DNA from: Selaginella moellendorffii
Taxonomy: Eukaryota; Plantae; Lycopodiophyta
Direction of reading: 5' to 3'
DNA length: 64,000 nt
NCBI RefSeq assembly: GCF_000143415.4
Contig: NW_003314276.1
Span: forward strand, 1,786,107 to 1,850,106
A model generated the notes under the pieces. It saw nothing but the letters and a program-made list of their open reading frames with translations, was not told where the DNA came from and ran no database searches. How positions within the stretch are numbered: the stretch's first letter is position 1; each line of letters begins with the position of its first letter. Positions 35,290 to 47,658 of this stretch are shown here, piece by piece. Both the position numbers and the translations under genes were made by a program.

Positions 35290-38200
35290 TCGCAATAATA
35301 TTTTAAGGCTGAGGCAGTACAATGCTTTTAGAGAAATTGGGTATGAAAAGGTTGCAATGCTGATAGGATATGTGAATACTCAGAGGACCAATAATTGTGT
35401 GTCCGTAGGATAGGTGAACACTCAGAGGACCAATAATTGTGTGTGCGTAGGACTCAGAGGACCAATAATTATGTGTCTGTATATGCCTGAAATGCTTTTG
35501 TATTTTGTTTTTAGTCTACTCCCTGTCTAAGGACAATTGAAAAAAATATCATCACTTGACATTCAAACTTTTGATGATTTTTTAAGAATGTCACAGTAGA
35601 ATATACTTAATATATACCTATTAAGGATATCCTATCACTTCATTTTTACCCTCAGAGAATGTTGTTTTGATGAAGGAACTCTTTAGAGCAATCTTGGTTA
35701 TTCCAGTAAGCATGGTTGCTTGTAAATGATGATTTTCCAGGCAAAATGTGATGGAGAATCATTTTCAAAATTGACTAAACCTTAAGATATTGGATATGTA
35801 TATATTTTTTTTACTAAAGGGCTTATAGATATATATATTATTAGTTATGTGTTAGGTGTAGTTTCAAGTCCTAAGTCACAACATTACAGGATAAAGGCAA
35901 AATAGCAACTTTATTTTATCATAATATCATTTAACATTTATATTTATATTTAGTGGATAAATGTAAAAACAAATAAAAAATTTGCTATATATACATGATG
36001 CAATATAAATCCTTGCATAGATAAGAAAGTACTCCCTAAATAACCTTAATAAAATAGCATAAATTGATAATTTTTTTGTTACTTTGACTATGACTAGCAA
36101 ATTTTGACTTTCTTGCCCAACCATTCACACCTATTATGGAAATCATGCTATTTCAATCTATTATGCCTAATGGAGAGAGAGAGAGAGAGAGAGAAATAAA
36201 TGAAGTATAACCTAAATGCGTAAGCAAGAACCTTCATCTGCAACACCCATTGTCATATACATGCAATCACATGGCTCTCAAACTGTGTTAAAGTCATTCA
36301 TTAAACAAGGTAGCCAATTTAAAATTTAATTAAGATCAAAGCTATATAAATTTCTTCCTAAATATCAATAGTATAAGTGCTAATTCCTTAAAGTTTTTGT
36401 GTAGATGCCATTCTATCCAAGAAGAAATTTCACAAATCTTAAAGGCAAGACTGAGGTGTATTCTATGCTCTAACATCCCTTTGTTAAATAGGTATTGTCC
36501 AAGTACTTTTGTGTTGCTTGATGCATCAAACCTAATCCAGGCTGTGAGAGTTGGTGGTGGCATTCTCTTTCCTAGGACATTATCTAATGGTTTATTTCTT
36601 TATCAAGGTTTGGGAATTATCTCTGAATTATTCAAAGGTTATTCAGGAACAATCTCTTGGTTTGAGTGTTTGAAGTTAGATCTAGGGTTTAGGGTAGATG
36701 CCATTAAGTGTCAAGCAGCATAGTATTCTCTAGATTGATCAATCTTGGGAAATCTTGTAGCTTTGGCATTTTCAACTATTACTAGGGATGGAATGTAGAT
36801 TTGCAAAGACTTTTGTTTGCCAAGGCACACTATTACTCTAGGGTGTGTTGTCACAACACTAGTTCTAGATTGCATCACAACATATAAGCACTAAGAATTT
36901 AGTTTAGATTAATGCTTGCTAGGGTTATAATGTTTTAGAGGGATTAAAAATTTATGGAAGAAAGTGGTGTCATTACTTTGTCTTGTGCTTGTAGTTCTTC
37001 CTCATCTTTCGAAATTTGAAACATTTTTCTATTTTCTTTACCCCCTATTCTCAAGTAAGAAACATATGCACAAGGATGCCATGAAGCTCATTAACAACTA
37101 AGCTTAAGAAATACTCTAAAATTCATCATGTTCATAGGTGGAAAGGCATTTGACAAGGCTCGAGCAAATATGTCTACACTCAACTTGTCTCAAAAACCAT
37201 CACATATAAGGTTTGAGAAAAGAAGATCATATATCTCAATTAGTTATTGGATCAGTGGCTTTTATTTAAACACTTAAATTTTAGATTAGGCAACACCAAG
37301 AATATACTTAAAAAAACAATTAAACCTTTACTCTAAAGGTATATAATAGGTTTTTTAACCCTTTGAGTGATCCTACCCTAAACAAGTGTGACCACTTTAG
37401 ACTTAGTTCTCTTTTGCAAATTAGGATTTCTATCAGTGACATCAATGTAGCTAGCATATTTACTTTAAGATTCATTCATTCACTCACACAACACCAGAGC
37501 TATAAGTTAGATACTTCACTAAACTTTTTATAATTATCTCTCAAAAAGTTCATAGGATGTTTACTCAAGATGAGAGGTACTCAAGAAGAAGTTACCAAAT
37601 TTATAACACTATTGTTGACTCTATAACATGAGTTTAAATGATATTCACAACATAGTTGCAACACTAGCTAACAAGAGCATTGTCGAGGATTAGTGATTTA
37701 AAGTAGAAATTATAAGCCAAAATTCCTAGAATAAAAAATAGAACAATTTTTAAAATAAATCAATTTGGCAGTACATATTAGGAATAACTAGAATTGTTAA
37801 TGAAAATGAGAATGAAAACAAAAAATCACTAAAACTTCACTATGTACCACAATTCTAAAATTTTAGGAAGAATTATTGGAATTTTATTAGATATATAAAA
37901 TTCCTAGCAGTGTAACTTTATTTTAGAATTATGCACATATATAGTTTTTGCCCAAAATCCCACATATAATTGCTTATATAATTTAAATACCCATTGTGGG
38001 ATTTTTAGTGCATAACCCCCCACTTTACTCCTGGCATGCATGCACCTCAGTTAACTGCCACATCAAATGGTTCAACCACTCACTAACAACTAGGTGAGGA
38101 TTGCATTGAGGTTCTAACCCAAGATGCATTAGGAGGGGTAGTAGGTAGATTAGTGAAGCCCAAGGTTAGATTTTACATGAATAATAGCCTAGATTTCACT
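35290..38200. repeat. About 3-kb AT-rich block, probable decayed transposon; copies at about 46620-49640 (direct) and 57325-61410 (inverted)
   Basis: Three colinear copies, each with a (GA)n tract, CpG-poor, short stop-ridden ORFs. Family not recognised. Confidence 0.75.
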
Positions 38201-38970
38201 TGTGCTCATCAAAAATAGAAATCTTTGGTAAGTTCTTCCGTGGTTAACTTCAGTGATCAATCACCACTTCCGTTACTTCTGGGCAAGCCCAGACGGGAGA
38301 AAAAGAGATGAATTTCCAGGATGTAGTGCTCGAGAACAAACTGGTCATTGATGGAAATACTGCACAAGGGTCCCAGATTGATCCTCCCTCGCATCCCAGC
38401 TGTGGGATCTTCTGGATCGACATCCCGGATTGGATGTAATTCCACTACATCCACGCCTGGGAGGAAGGGATGGACAAGATCGTTGTGTCCATTACGCCGG
38501 TGGAACATCTATTTGATGATTTCGCCGGATTGGCCAACAGATTGCACAAGATCCACCTGGACCTTTGATCTGGACGGTCGTGGAAGCAACATGTGTGCTC
38601 GGCGGGACTGGATTTTGGAAAGATCAACCAGAAATTCCTGGGGCAGAAGAACTGGTACGTCTACATGTGCTACTATGGGCCATGGCCCAAAATCTGTGGC
38701 CTGGCCAAGGTCGATCTGGTGTGGCGTCGAGGAGATTCGAACGTGGTAAGTTTTGTGGCGAATGGCGAGGAGGAAGATGATGGATACATCATCTTAAGCT
38801 ACGTCCATGATGAGAAAAATGGTGTCTCGGAGCTTTTGGTCATGGATGCCAAATCGCCCACACTTGAGATAGTGGCTTCTATAGAGCTGCCTGCTGGAGT
38901 TCCATATGGATTCCATGGGATCTTTATAAATGCCAATCAAATAGCCAACCAAAACCATGCCACCGTCTAA
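38200..38970 (+). pseudogene. 5'-truncated, frameshifted CCD
   Basis: Starts near the AHPK motif. Deletions and a premature TGA. Ends ...VPYGFHGIFINANQIANQNHATV*. Confidence 0.9.
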
Positions 38971-39022
38971 GAAAATTTGATATAATTGTAAAAATTAATA
39001 TAGTCTCTTGAAAATATCTAAG

Positions 39023-40977
39023 CTATGTAACTATGTGAGAATTGGCAATAAGAACATATGGAGCACTGTTACTAGGCTCCACACTAATGGCATTTTTCAT
39101 TGCATCTCCACTCGCTACAGCTCCAAGCAAGCACTTCCAATCCATGGAATCTGGGTAGTATGGCATCTCCCACAGAAGATTCTCAGCGTCTTGGATATAC
39201 CCTGACTGGACAAGCACACCAATCATACATGAGTAGTGTTGCTTTGAGGGTTTGATGGAGTGATCAAACTGGAAAGACACAAAGAGATCCCCAGCTATGG
39301 CAGCAGCACCTTTGTGAGCACACGACGTGAGCAAAGCTGTTAAGCTAGCTTCATCAGGTGTATTAGTAGTGACCATGGTTTGCAAGGCATCCAAGGCTCT
39401 GGAAATGGCCCCAATCCGAGAGTATGCCGCCAGCATTGCATCCCAAGATATGAAGTCCTTGTCCGGCATTGTTAAGAATATCCGATTTGCCATATCCAGA
39501 TGCCCGTTTTGGGTATATGCAGAAAGCATTCACTCCATGGAGATTGGTTTCTTTCTTGGATTGAATCGAACACACTTTTAGCTTCCAGTAACTGCAAATT
39601 TGATGAAAAACCAGACAAGAAAGCATTGAAAGCAATAGCACTCTTTTCATTGGAGTTGTCAAAAATTCTCTTAGCCAAAAGCATATGTCCAGTTCGGGCA
39701 TATGCCGACACGAGCACAATCAGTGGTATTTCGCCGTGACCTGGCATTTTTTCAAAAATACACAGGGCGTCTTCTAGCCTGTGGTTGTTTACATATCCTG
39801 TCAGCATGGCAGTCCACGTAACCTCGTTTCGCTCCTTCATTCCATCAAAGAGTTTCTTTGCTTTTTCCAGATGCCCGTTGCAAGCATATGCTGTAATGAG
39901 AGCGGTTGCCGGGACTAAATGCTCGCCTTGATCAGGCAGACCTAAATATATGGCTTCGGCGTCGTGAGTCCGCCCTCGTCGAGAATACAAGCGCAGCATT
40001 GCAGTGCAAGCAAACGCGTTGTGGCGCTGCATGGTGTAAAATATTTGCTCAGCCTCCGCGATGCTACTGTCCTCGTGATCTGCGTAAGCGGACAGGATTA
40101 CTGCGCATGAAACCACATCGATACACTCCATCGACTCAAACAGATTCTTTGCCTCGTGAAAGCAGCCACTTTCCGCCAAGACGACAAGCAAAACCGTGGA
40201 GGCAACCAAATCCTTGTGAGGCAGCGCGAGGAAGAAATACTTGGCATCTTCCAAAAGGCCGTGCTGGCCAAAGCACTGAATCATGGACGTAAAAGACAGA
40301 GCATCAAATTCTGGCATGTTGGAGAAGATGTCCTTCGCCTCCTGCAAATGCCCAGCTTGGGCAAGTGCTGATAGTTGAGAGTTCCAAGCAACAAGATCTC
40401 TCTCAGGCATGGAGCTGAAGAGTGTCGTTATTTAAAACAAGTTGGTGGATTTGGATAGAATTGTGGTCCAAGAGATTAAGCTCCTTTCTGGCATAAGCTC
40501 AAAGAGCTGCATTGCTTTATCCAAATACCCGTTTGTGGCATATGCTAAGATCATTGCGTTCCATGCTACAAGGCCTCTCTCTCTCATGGAATCGAAAACT
40601 TCTTTTGCCTGTAGGAGTAAGCCATGCCGAGAGAAGGCAGTGATCATGATCGACCATGAAGCAACATCCCATTCGGGCATTCGATCAAACAACTGCTTTC
40701 CTTGGTCAAGATAGCTGTTTGATGCGAAGGCAGAGAGCATGGCATTCCACGAGAATCGATCCCGTGATGTAGAGCCACGAAAGATTTGCCATGCTGCCTT
40801 TGGGCATCCACACCTCCCATACATTTGCACCACCAAATTGCATGCCAAGCAGTCTCCTGCCGCGAGGAGGTGCTCAATCTCATTGTGGAGCTTAGAAGCT
40901 GTGGATAGATTGGTACACTTCTTTATTGCATCCAACAAAACCTCTCGACAATCTGGTTCTCTGTAAGAAAAAACCAT
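39023..40977 (-). pseudogene. PPR pseudogene (copy of 54556-56499)
   Basis: CAA>TAA at 40432 and a 1-bp deletion near 39530 split the ORF in three. Confidence 0.9.
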
Positions 40978-40981
40978 ATAA

Positions 40982-41371
40982 TCATGCACAATCTTGGATG
41001 GTTCCTTGGTTGTTGTAGACACAATCATCAATTTGGAGATTAGTTTCATGATCCGCACCACTGTTGTCTTTGCACGTCGCATAGTAGACCAACTTTGGGA
41101 TGTTTTCATTGTTATACATGCAACCTGTGGGCGTGCATGTCTCTAAGAAATTTGCCCCGCCACACTTTAAATTCCCATTATCATTGTGGATGTGATTGTC
41201 CAAGACCAAATAAATCTCAGATTTTCCAGGGAGACACCATTCTAAATGAATAGTGGTTAAGTTGAATTCAACTATATTACAAGTAAGTGAGAAATCCCCA
41301 CACCCAAATGTTTTAGGAATGATCAAAGCAGCAAGCGAGGCAACAATGGAAACTATCAATCGCACACCCAT
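40982..41371 (-). CDS. Secreted cyanovirin-N homology (CVNH) lectin, 129 aa
   Basis: Signal peptide, then GDFSLTC...LDNHIHNDNGNLKCGGANFLETC...ATCKDNSG...TNLQIDDCVYNNQGTI. Aligns by eye with cyanovirin-N GKFSQTC...LNSVIENVDGSLKWQPSNFIETC...AECK...INLDDHIANIDGTL. Confidence 0.85.
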   Translation of the reverse strand: MGVRLIVSIVASLAALIIPKTFGCGDFSLTCNIVEFNLTTIHLEWCLPGKSEIYLVLDNHIHNDNGNLKCGGANFLETCTPTGCMYNNENIPKLVYYATCKDNSGADHETNLQIDDCVYNNQGTIQDCA

Positions 41372-41509
41372 TCTAAAAATTAGTTTTTTGAAGTGCTGAG
41401 ATTTATTGTTAAGGGAAAATCCAATCAACCTTTATGGAGACAAAAGTTTTTGCCATGTAGTCCACATAGCGGTGATGAAGTAGATAAATATTCTTATTGA
41501 TGAACAAAA

Positions 41510-42122
41510 ATATTCAAAAACATTGGAGTTGTCAAAGATTCTCTTCTCAAAAAGCATACGTCCATTTCGGGCACAATCTGGTATCACGCTGTGATCGGCA
41601 TTGTTTCGATGGTATGGCAGTCTCGTCTCGCATCAAAGAGATTCTTTCGGACTAAATGCTCGTCTTGATCAGGCAGACCTAAATATATGGCTGAGTCCGT
41701 TCTTGAGAATACAAGCGCAGCATTGCAGTGCAAGCAAACGCTGTATGCTGTAAAAATTCTGCTCAGCCTACTGTCGTCATGATATGCATAAGCACAGCAC
41801 AAGACAACACAGCAAAGCAGTGGACGCAACCAAATCCTTATGAGGGTGGCCAAAGCACTGGGCGTGAACGACAGAGGAGCAAACTCTGGCATGTTGGAAA
41901 AGATGTTCTTCGCCTCCTGCAAATGCCCAGCTTGGGCAGTTGCTGCTAGATGAGATTTCCAAGAAACAAGATCTCTCGGCATAAACAGAGTCCTTAATTG
42001 GCATATGTTGGTGGTCTTTGATAGAATTGTGGTCTAAGATATTAGCTCCTTTCCGGCATAAGCTCAAAGATGCATTTCTTTATCCAAATGCCCGTTTGTG
42101 GCAGACTATCATTGCATTCCGG

Positions 42123-42176
<54 letters not shown>

Positions 42177-42424
42177 ACACACACACGGAATAAAAAACAG
42201 GAGTAAACCTGATGTTTGATGTGGCATGGCATTCCACTCCTCGATCTAGATACTTGCCATGCCGCCTCAGGGCATCCACACCTCCCATACATTTGCACCA
42301 GAAAATTGGATGCCAAACAATCTCCTGCCGCAAGGAGGCACTTGATCTCATTGTGAAGCTTACAAGCTGCAGATAGATTGCTACACTTTTTTATTCCATC
42401 CAATAAAACCTCTTGACCATACAT
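41510..42424 (-). pseudogene. Deleted PPR paralog containing a (CT)n microsatellite
   Basis: MYGQEVLLDGIKKCSNLSAACKLHNEI..., AQAGHLQEAKNIFSNMPEF. (CT)n at about 42124-42170. Confidence 0.8.
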
Positions 42425-42444
42425 TGCTCTCTATGAGAAAAAAA

Positions 42445-42590
42445 GCATATCTGTTGATGCAATCTTGGCTAGTGCCTTGAGAGTTGTAGAAACAATCATC
42501 AATTCGGAGATTAGTGTCTTGACCTACACCACCATCGTCTTTGCAGCTTTGGGATTTCCATTTGTAAAATTCAAACATGCATGTCTCAAT
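42445..42590 (-). pseudogene. CVNH 3' fragment
   Basis: ETCMFEF...SCKDDGGVGQDTNLRIDDCFYNSQGTSQDC. Confidence 0.75.
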
Positions 42591-42877
42591 TTGAGAAGGG
42601 CAAGCAGCAAGATCCAAGCTCAGGATCACAAGAACCAAGGGGGAGGAGTGATGGGCAGTGGTTGTATCCCACAGCCTCAAGACCCAAGGCTCCATTTCTT
42701 CGATACTCTCATCCCTGGCACTAGATACTAGCGATAGAAACGAAAAGGCTCCCATTCATCGATGATTCTTCCAGTTGTCAATAAATTCCATGTCATACTA
42801 AAAGAACTCCAGTTGATTGATCAAATGGTTCTTTAGTTCTTCCCAAAAGTTTCTTTGCCATCTCTACGCGATCATCT

Positions 42878-43647
42878 CTATGATCGCCTAAACGCGTTCT
42901 TGTCCGTGAACTTCTCGCGGTAGTGCGATCGCCGATGCAAAGTGTCCGCGACCGAGGCACTGCCTCCATTCTCGGTGCCATAGACACTCCTGTTCGTCTC
43001 GTCCAGGAAGTTCTTCCCCGACTTGATCGAGTCCTTCTCCTCCTGGACAGCGTCGCTCGCCGAGGCGCGTTTGATCCGCTGCCATCGCTGCTCCTCGTGG
43101 AGCTCCGCGTCCTGCTGCATCTCTCTCAGCCGCGCCATCTTCTCCTCCTCGCTCAGCTGGGCTTTCTTCCTCGGCAGCGGTGGCTTGCCGGAGCCACGGT
43201 TTTCCTCCTGTCCCTGTGCCTGTCTTCGTGCCTGCGATGCCGTTCATCCACATGTCTCTCCCGCTTTCTACTTCTCGTATCATCGTCCTCGCGAACTTGG
43301 TTGCTTCTGTACCTGTCTTGCTCGTCTCTCTCGGGAATTCTTTTGCTGCGATCTTCTCGATCATCCCGTGAAGAAGCACCTATTTTGTTTCTATGCCTGT
43401 CTTCCCCGTCGCTGTCCTCGGCAGAGCTTTTCCTCCTGCTATACCTGTCATCCTCATCGGAACCTCCTTTGTTTCCATCGTCATCCTCCTCGGCAGCTCT
43501 TCTGCTTCGATCAGCTCTCTTTGCTTCTGGCTCGCCAGCTTCACCGTTCTCTTTCATTTTCTTCTTCAGTGCCTTCCTCTTCTGCTTCTCCTCGGCTTTT
43601 ACTTGTGCTTTCAATCGCTTCTTTTCCTCTTTAGCTTCCATCTTGAA
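42878..43647 (-). pseudogene. 3' fragment of pre-mRNA splicing factor CWC25-like gene
   Basis: Lys/Glu- and Arg/Asp-rich region, then LSEEEKMARLREMQQDAELHEEQRWQRIKRA...KNFLDETNRSVYGTENGGS...NAFRRS*, typical of the plant CWC25 C-terminus. Frame break near 43190, no 5' domain. Confidence 0.75.
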
Positions 43648-44818
43648 GTTCTCGGTCACTGCCCTCGTCTACATCCAGGTGACTTACGGATGGACGTGGG
43701 GATGGGGCGGCGCTACCGCTGTCGTCGCCCTCGCCACCCTGCTCTTCTTCTCCGGGAGATCAAACTATCGCACCCAAAAGCCCGCTGGAAGTCCCTTCAC
43801 CCGCGTCGCTCAGGTCCTGGTGGCGGCCACCAGGAAGTGGAATGTGAGCGTTCCAGACGACGATGAGAAGCTGTACGAGCTGAGCGACAAGGAGGCGCAG
43901 TTCCCACACATTCGGAACCTCCCCAGGAGTAAAGAATTCACGTAAGTCCAGAAGAACAATCTTAGCTTACTACGATTGATCGCGAGCAGATTCCTGAACA
44001 AGGCGGCGGTGGTGAGCGAGAAGGATCTGCAGAGCAAGGAAGTGAAGCCGTGGAGCCTGTGCCCAGTGACGCAAGTCGAGGAAGTGAAGCTCCTAGTGCG
44101 AGTGATGCCCATCTGGTTCACGAACCTCATCTTTAGCAGCGTCTTCGCCCAGGTGGGCACCTTATTCCTCAACCAGGGCGACACCATCGAGCGGCATCTG
44201 GGGCGATTCCAGATCCCAGCCGCCTCCTTCACGCTCTTCATCCTCACCATTTGCATCATCATGCCGCTCTACGACCGCTGCTTCGTGCCATTCGCGTGCC
44301 GGATCACGGGGAACGAGCGAGGGATCACGATGCTCCAGCGCATCGGGATCGGCCAGGTCATCTCCACGGTCTCCATCGCCATCGCCGCGGTGGTGGAGAT
44401 GAAGCGCTTGCGAGTGGCTAGGCAACATGGTCTGTTGGATCGCCCCCAGTCGACGGTCCCGATGAGCGCATTCTGGCTCTTGCTGCAGTGAGTTCGCGAG
44501 GTTTTCATCTCCGTCGGCCAGAACGAGTTCTTCTACGATCAAGCCCCGGATTCCATGCGAAGCATTGGAGTGGCGCTCTATCTCAGCACCATCTCCATCG
44601 GGAGCTTCATCAGCAGCTTGCTCGTGGAGATGGTGGTCAAGTTTACAAGTACAAAAGGTGGGGGGGTTGACGGCAACTGGATCAATGACAATCTCAACAG
44701 GGCTCACATTGATTACTTCTACTGGCTGCTCACTATTCTCAGCATCATCAACCTTGGGATATATGTCTTGTGTGCGAGGTGGTATACTTACAAGCATGTG
44801 GGAGATATTGCAATTTGA
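43648..44818 (+). pseudogene. 5'-truncated duplicate of the NPF gene
   Basis: Near-identical to 21924-23134 starting at gttctcggtcactgcc. A deletion near 44488 creates a stop. Confidence 0.92.
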
Positions 44819-45059
44819 TCATCAATCGATCCTAGTAACATGTTCTGCAGCAGTTTGTGAGACGAGAGCATACCAGGAGAGACCAAGAGAAGGGCTAAGC
44901 GGCTGGGGACGAGCTATCGCAATAGCGATGATGTGATATCACTACCACCACCATAATAAGATACTTATTGCTATATCTTTTAAATATGACCCTATCCAGT
45001 TATAAGTTTAGCTCAAAGTTTGAACTGTCAGAGTAAGCCCTAAAATATTGATCTTATCT

Positions 45060-46205
45060 AATCCATAGCTCTAAAATTCTATTGGAGGGATCAATATATT
45101 TAGGTATGCCAATTGCACAGTTAATTTGGTCGCAATGCATGCCACACCGTCTGGGCCTGATCAATATCTTCGGCGGGATGGGATCGAAGTAGGCCATCCC
45201 AGCGTATGATATGCCATATGCCCAGCAGGGGATTTGATCACCATGGGCCGCTACAGCTTCAACAAGCGATTGTTCTTGCCGATGTGCGCTCATCCAAAGA
45301 TCGATCCAATCTCTGGCGAGCTCTTCGCGGATCAATCCCCACCTCCGCTACTTCTGGGCGAGCCCGGACAGGAGGAAGAGCCCCGATTTCGACGTGTGGC
45401 TGCTTGTTTCACGACTTCGCGATAACAGAGAACTACGTAATCCTTCCAGAGAATCAGCTCGTGATGAAGTTCTCAAGAACAAACTGGTAATTGATGGAGA
45501 TACTGCCAAGGTTCCCAGATTCGGGGTCATCCCTCGCATCCCGACCGTGGGATCTCCTGGATCGACGTCCCGGATTGGACATCATTCCACTACATCAACG
45601 CGTGGGAGGAAGGGACGGACAAGATCGTCGTACTCAGCTCGTCCATTACGCCGGTGGAACATCTGTTTGACGATATCGCCGGATTGTCCAACAGATTGCA
45701 CGAGATCCACCTGGACCTTCGATCTGGATGGTCGTGGAAGCAACACGTGTGCTCGGCTGGACTGGATTTTGGACAGATCAACCAGAAATTCCTGAGGCGG
45801 AAGAATCGGTACGTTTACATGTGCTACTATGGGCCATGGCCCAAAATCTCGGGTCTGGCCAAGGTCGATTTGGACGCTCCACGGCTGCCCAAGGTGGTCA
45901 TCGATGGAACAAGTGACCCAGATCTAAACGAGCCATGCCTTGTGGCATCGAGGAGATTTGAACGAGGTCAGTTTTGTGGCAAGCCTTTCTTTGTGGTAAA
46001 TGGCAAGGAGGAAGACGATGGATGCGTCTTAAGCTACATCCACGATGAGGAAAGTGGTGTCTCAGAGCTTTTGGTCATGGATGCCAAATCGCCCACACTT
46101 GAGACAGTGGCTTCTATAGAGTTGCCTGCTAGAGTTCCATATGGATTCCATGGGATCTTTATAAATGCTGATCAAATAGCCAACCAGAACCATGCCACCT
46201 TGTAA
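45060..46205 (+). pseudogene. CCD pseudogene with multiple deletions and a micro-inversion
   Basis: About 600 bp missing after MH, many small deletions, GEP>GKP change. The 3' third is in frame. Confidence 0.9.
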
Positions 46206-47627
46206 GAAAATTTGTAAATTGATATAATCTCTTGAAAATATCTAAGCTATGTAACTATGTGAGAATTGGTAATAAGAACATATAAAGCACTGTTACTAGG
46301 CTCCACACTAATGGCAACTTTCATTGCATCTCCACTTGCTGCAGCTCCAAGCACTTCCAATCCATGGAATCTGGGTACACTACTCGTGTATGATTAGTCA
46401 GGCAGGGTATATCCAAAACGCTAAGAATCTCCTGTGGGAGATGCCATATTATCTTTGAGGGTTTGGAGTGATCAAATTGGAAAGACACAAAGAGATGCCG
46501 AGCTATGGCATCAGTGCCTTTGTGGGCACACGAAGTGAGCAAAGCTGTTAAGTTAGCTTCATCAGGTGTATAATCCCTCCAATTAAAATATGGATTGGAT
46601 GATCTCACCTTCACAATAATATTTTAGGGCTGAGGCAGTACAGTGCTTCTAGAGAAATTGGGTTCAAAAAGGTTGCGATGCTGATAGGATATGTGAACAC
46701 TCAGAGGACCAATAATTGTGTGTCCATAAGATATGTGAACACTTAGAGGACCAATAATTGTGTGTCTATATATGCCTGAAATACTTTTGCATTTTGTTTT
46801 TAGTCCACTCCGACCATTGAAAAAAATGTCATCACTTGACATTCACATTTAATGATTTTTTAAGAATGTCACAATAAAATATATCTATAAGAATATATAC
46901 CTATTAAGGATATCCTAGTGTTTACCAATGTGTAATCACCTCATTTTTACCCTCAAACCTCCTTAACTCTAAAATGAAGCAATAAAGCTTGAAGAAGAGA
47001 TTGAGGAATGAATAAAAATGAGAATGAAACAGTGAATTTAAAAAACAAAATTTGACATATAGATATAAATAGAGTAGAGAATATTATTTTGATGAAGAAA
47101 CTTTTTAAAGCAATCTTGGTTATTCCAGTAAGCATGGCTTCTTGTAAATGATCATTTTCCTGGCAAAATATGATGAAGAATCATCGTCAAAATTGACTTA
47201 ACCTTAAGATATTGGATGTGTATATGTTTTTCTTACTAAAGGGCTTATAGTGCTTTTTTTTTATTAGTCATGTGTTATGTGTAATTTCAAGTCCAACATT
47301 ACAGGATAAAGGCAAAATAACAACTTTATTTTTATCATAATGTCATTTAACATTTATATTTATATTTTAGTGGATAAATGTAAAAAAAAAAAAAAATTCT
47401 CTATATAAAACACCTTTACATGATGCAATATAAATCCTTGCATAGATAAAAAAGTACTCCCTACATAAAATATCAACTAGCCTAAGCAAATGACCTTAAT
47501 AAAATAACATAAATTGATTTTTTTTTTTGTTACTTTGACTATGACTACCAAATTTTGACTTTCTTCCCAACCATTAACACCTATTATGGGAATCGTGCTA
47601 TTTCAATCTATTATACCTAATGTATTT

Positions 47628-47658
<31 letters not shown>

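Noticed and set aside
35365-35480. Short spaced repeats resembling a mini-CRISPR
   Set aside because: The intervening sequences are themselves repeated, and the context is eukaryotic.
36342-36723. Short ORFs conserved in the AT-rich block
   Set aside because: No recognisable motif, and they are broken in the copy at about 47.8-48.2 kb.
38185-38195. Helitron 3' end (CTAG) at the AT-block edge
   Set aside because: No clear subterminal hairpin or A/T insertion site could be identified.
40432-40434. Shared TAA in two PPR copies repaired by U-to-C editing
   Set aside because: Nuclear gene, and both copies also carry a frameshift. Shared ancestry explains the stop.
42080-42227. ER/SL dipeptide-repeat ORFs
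   Set aside because: Translations of a (CT)n microsatellite within a PPR pseudogene.
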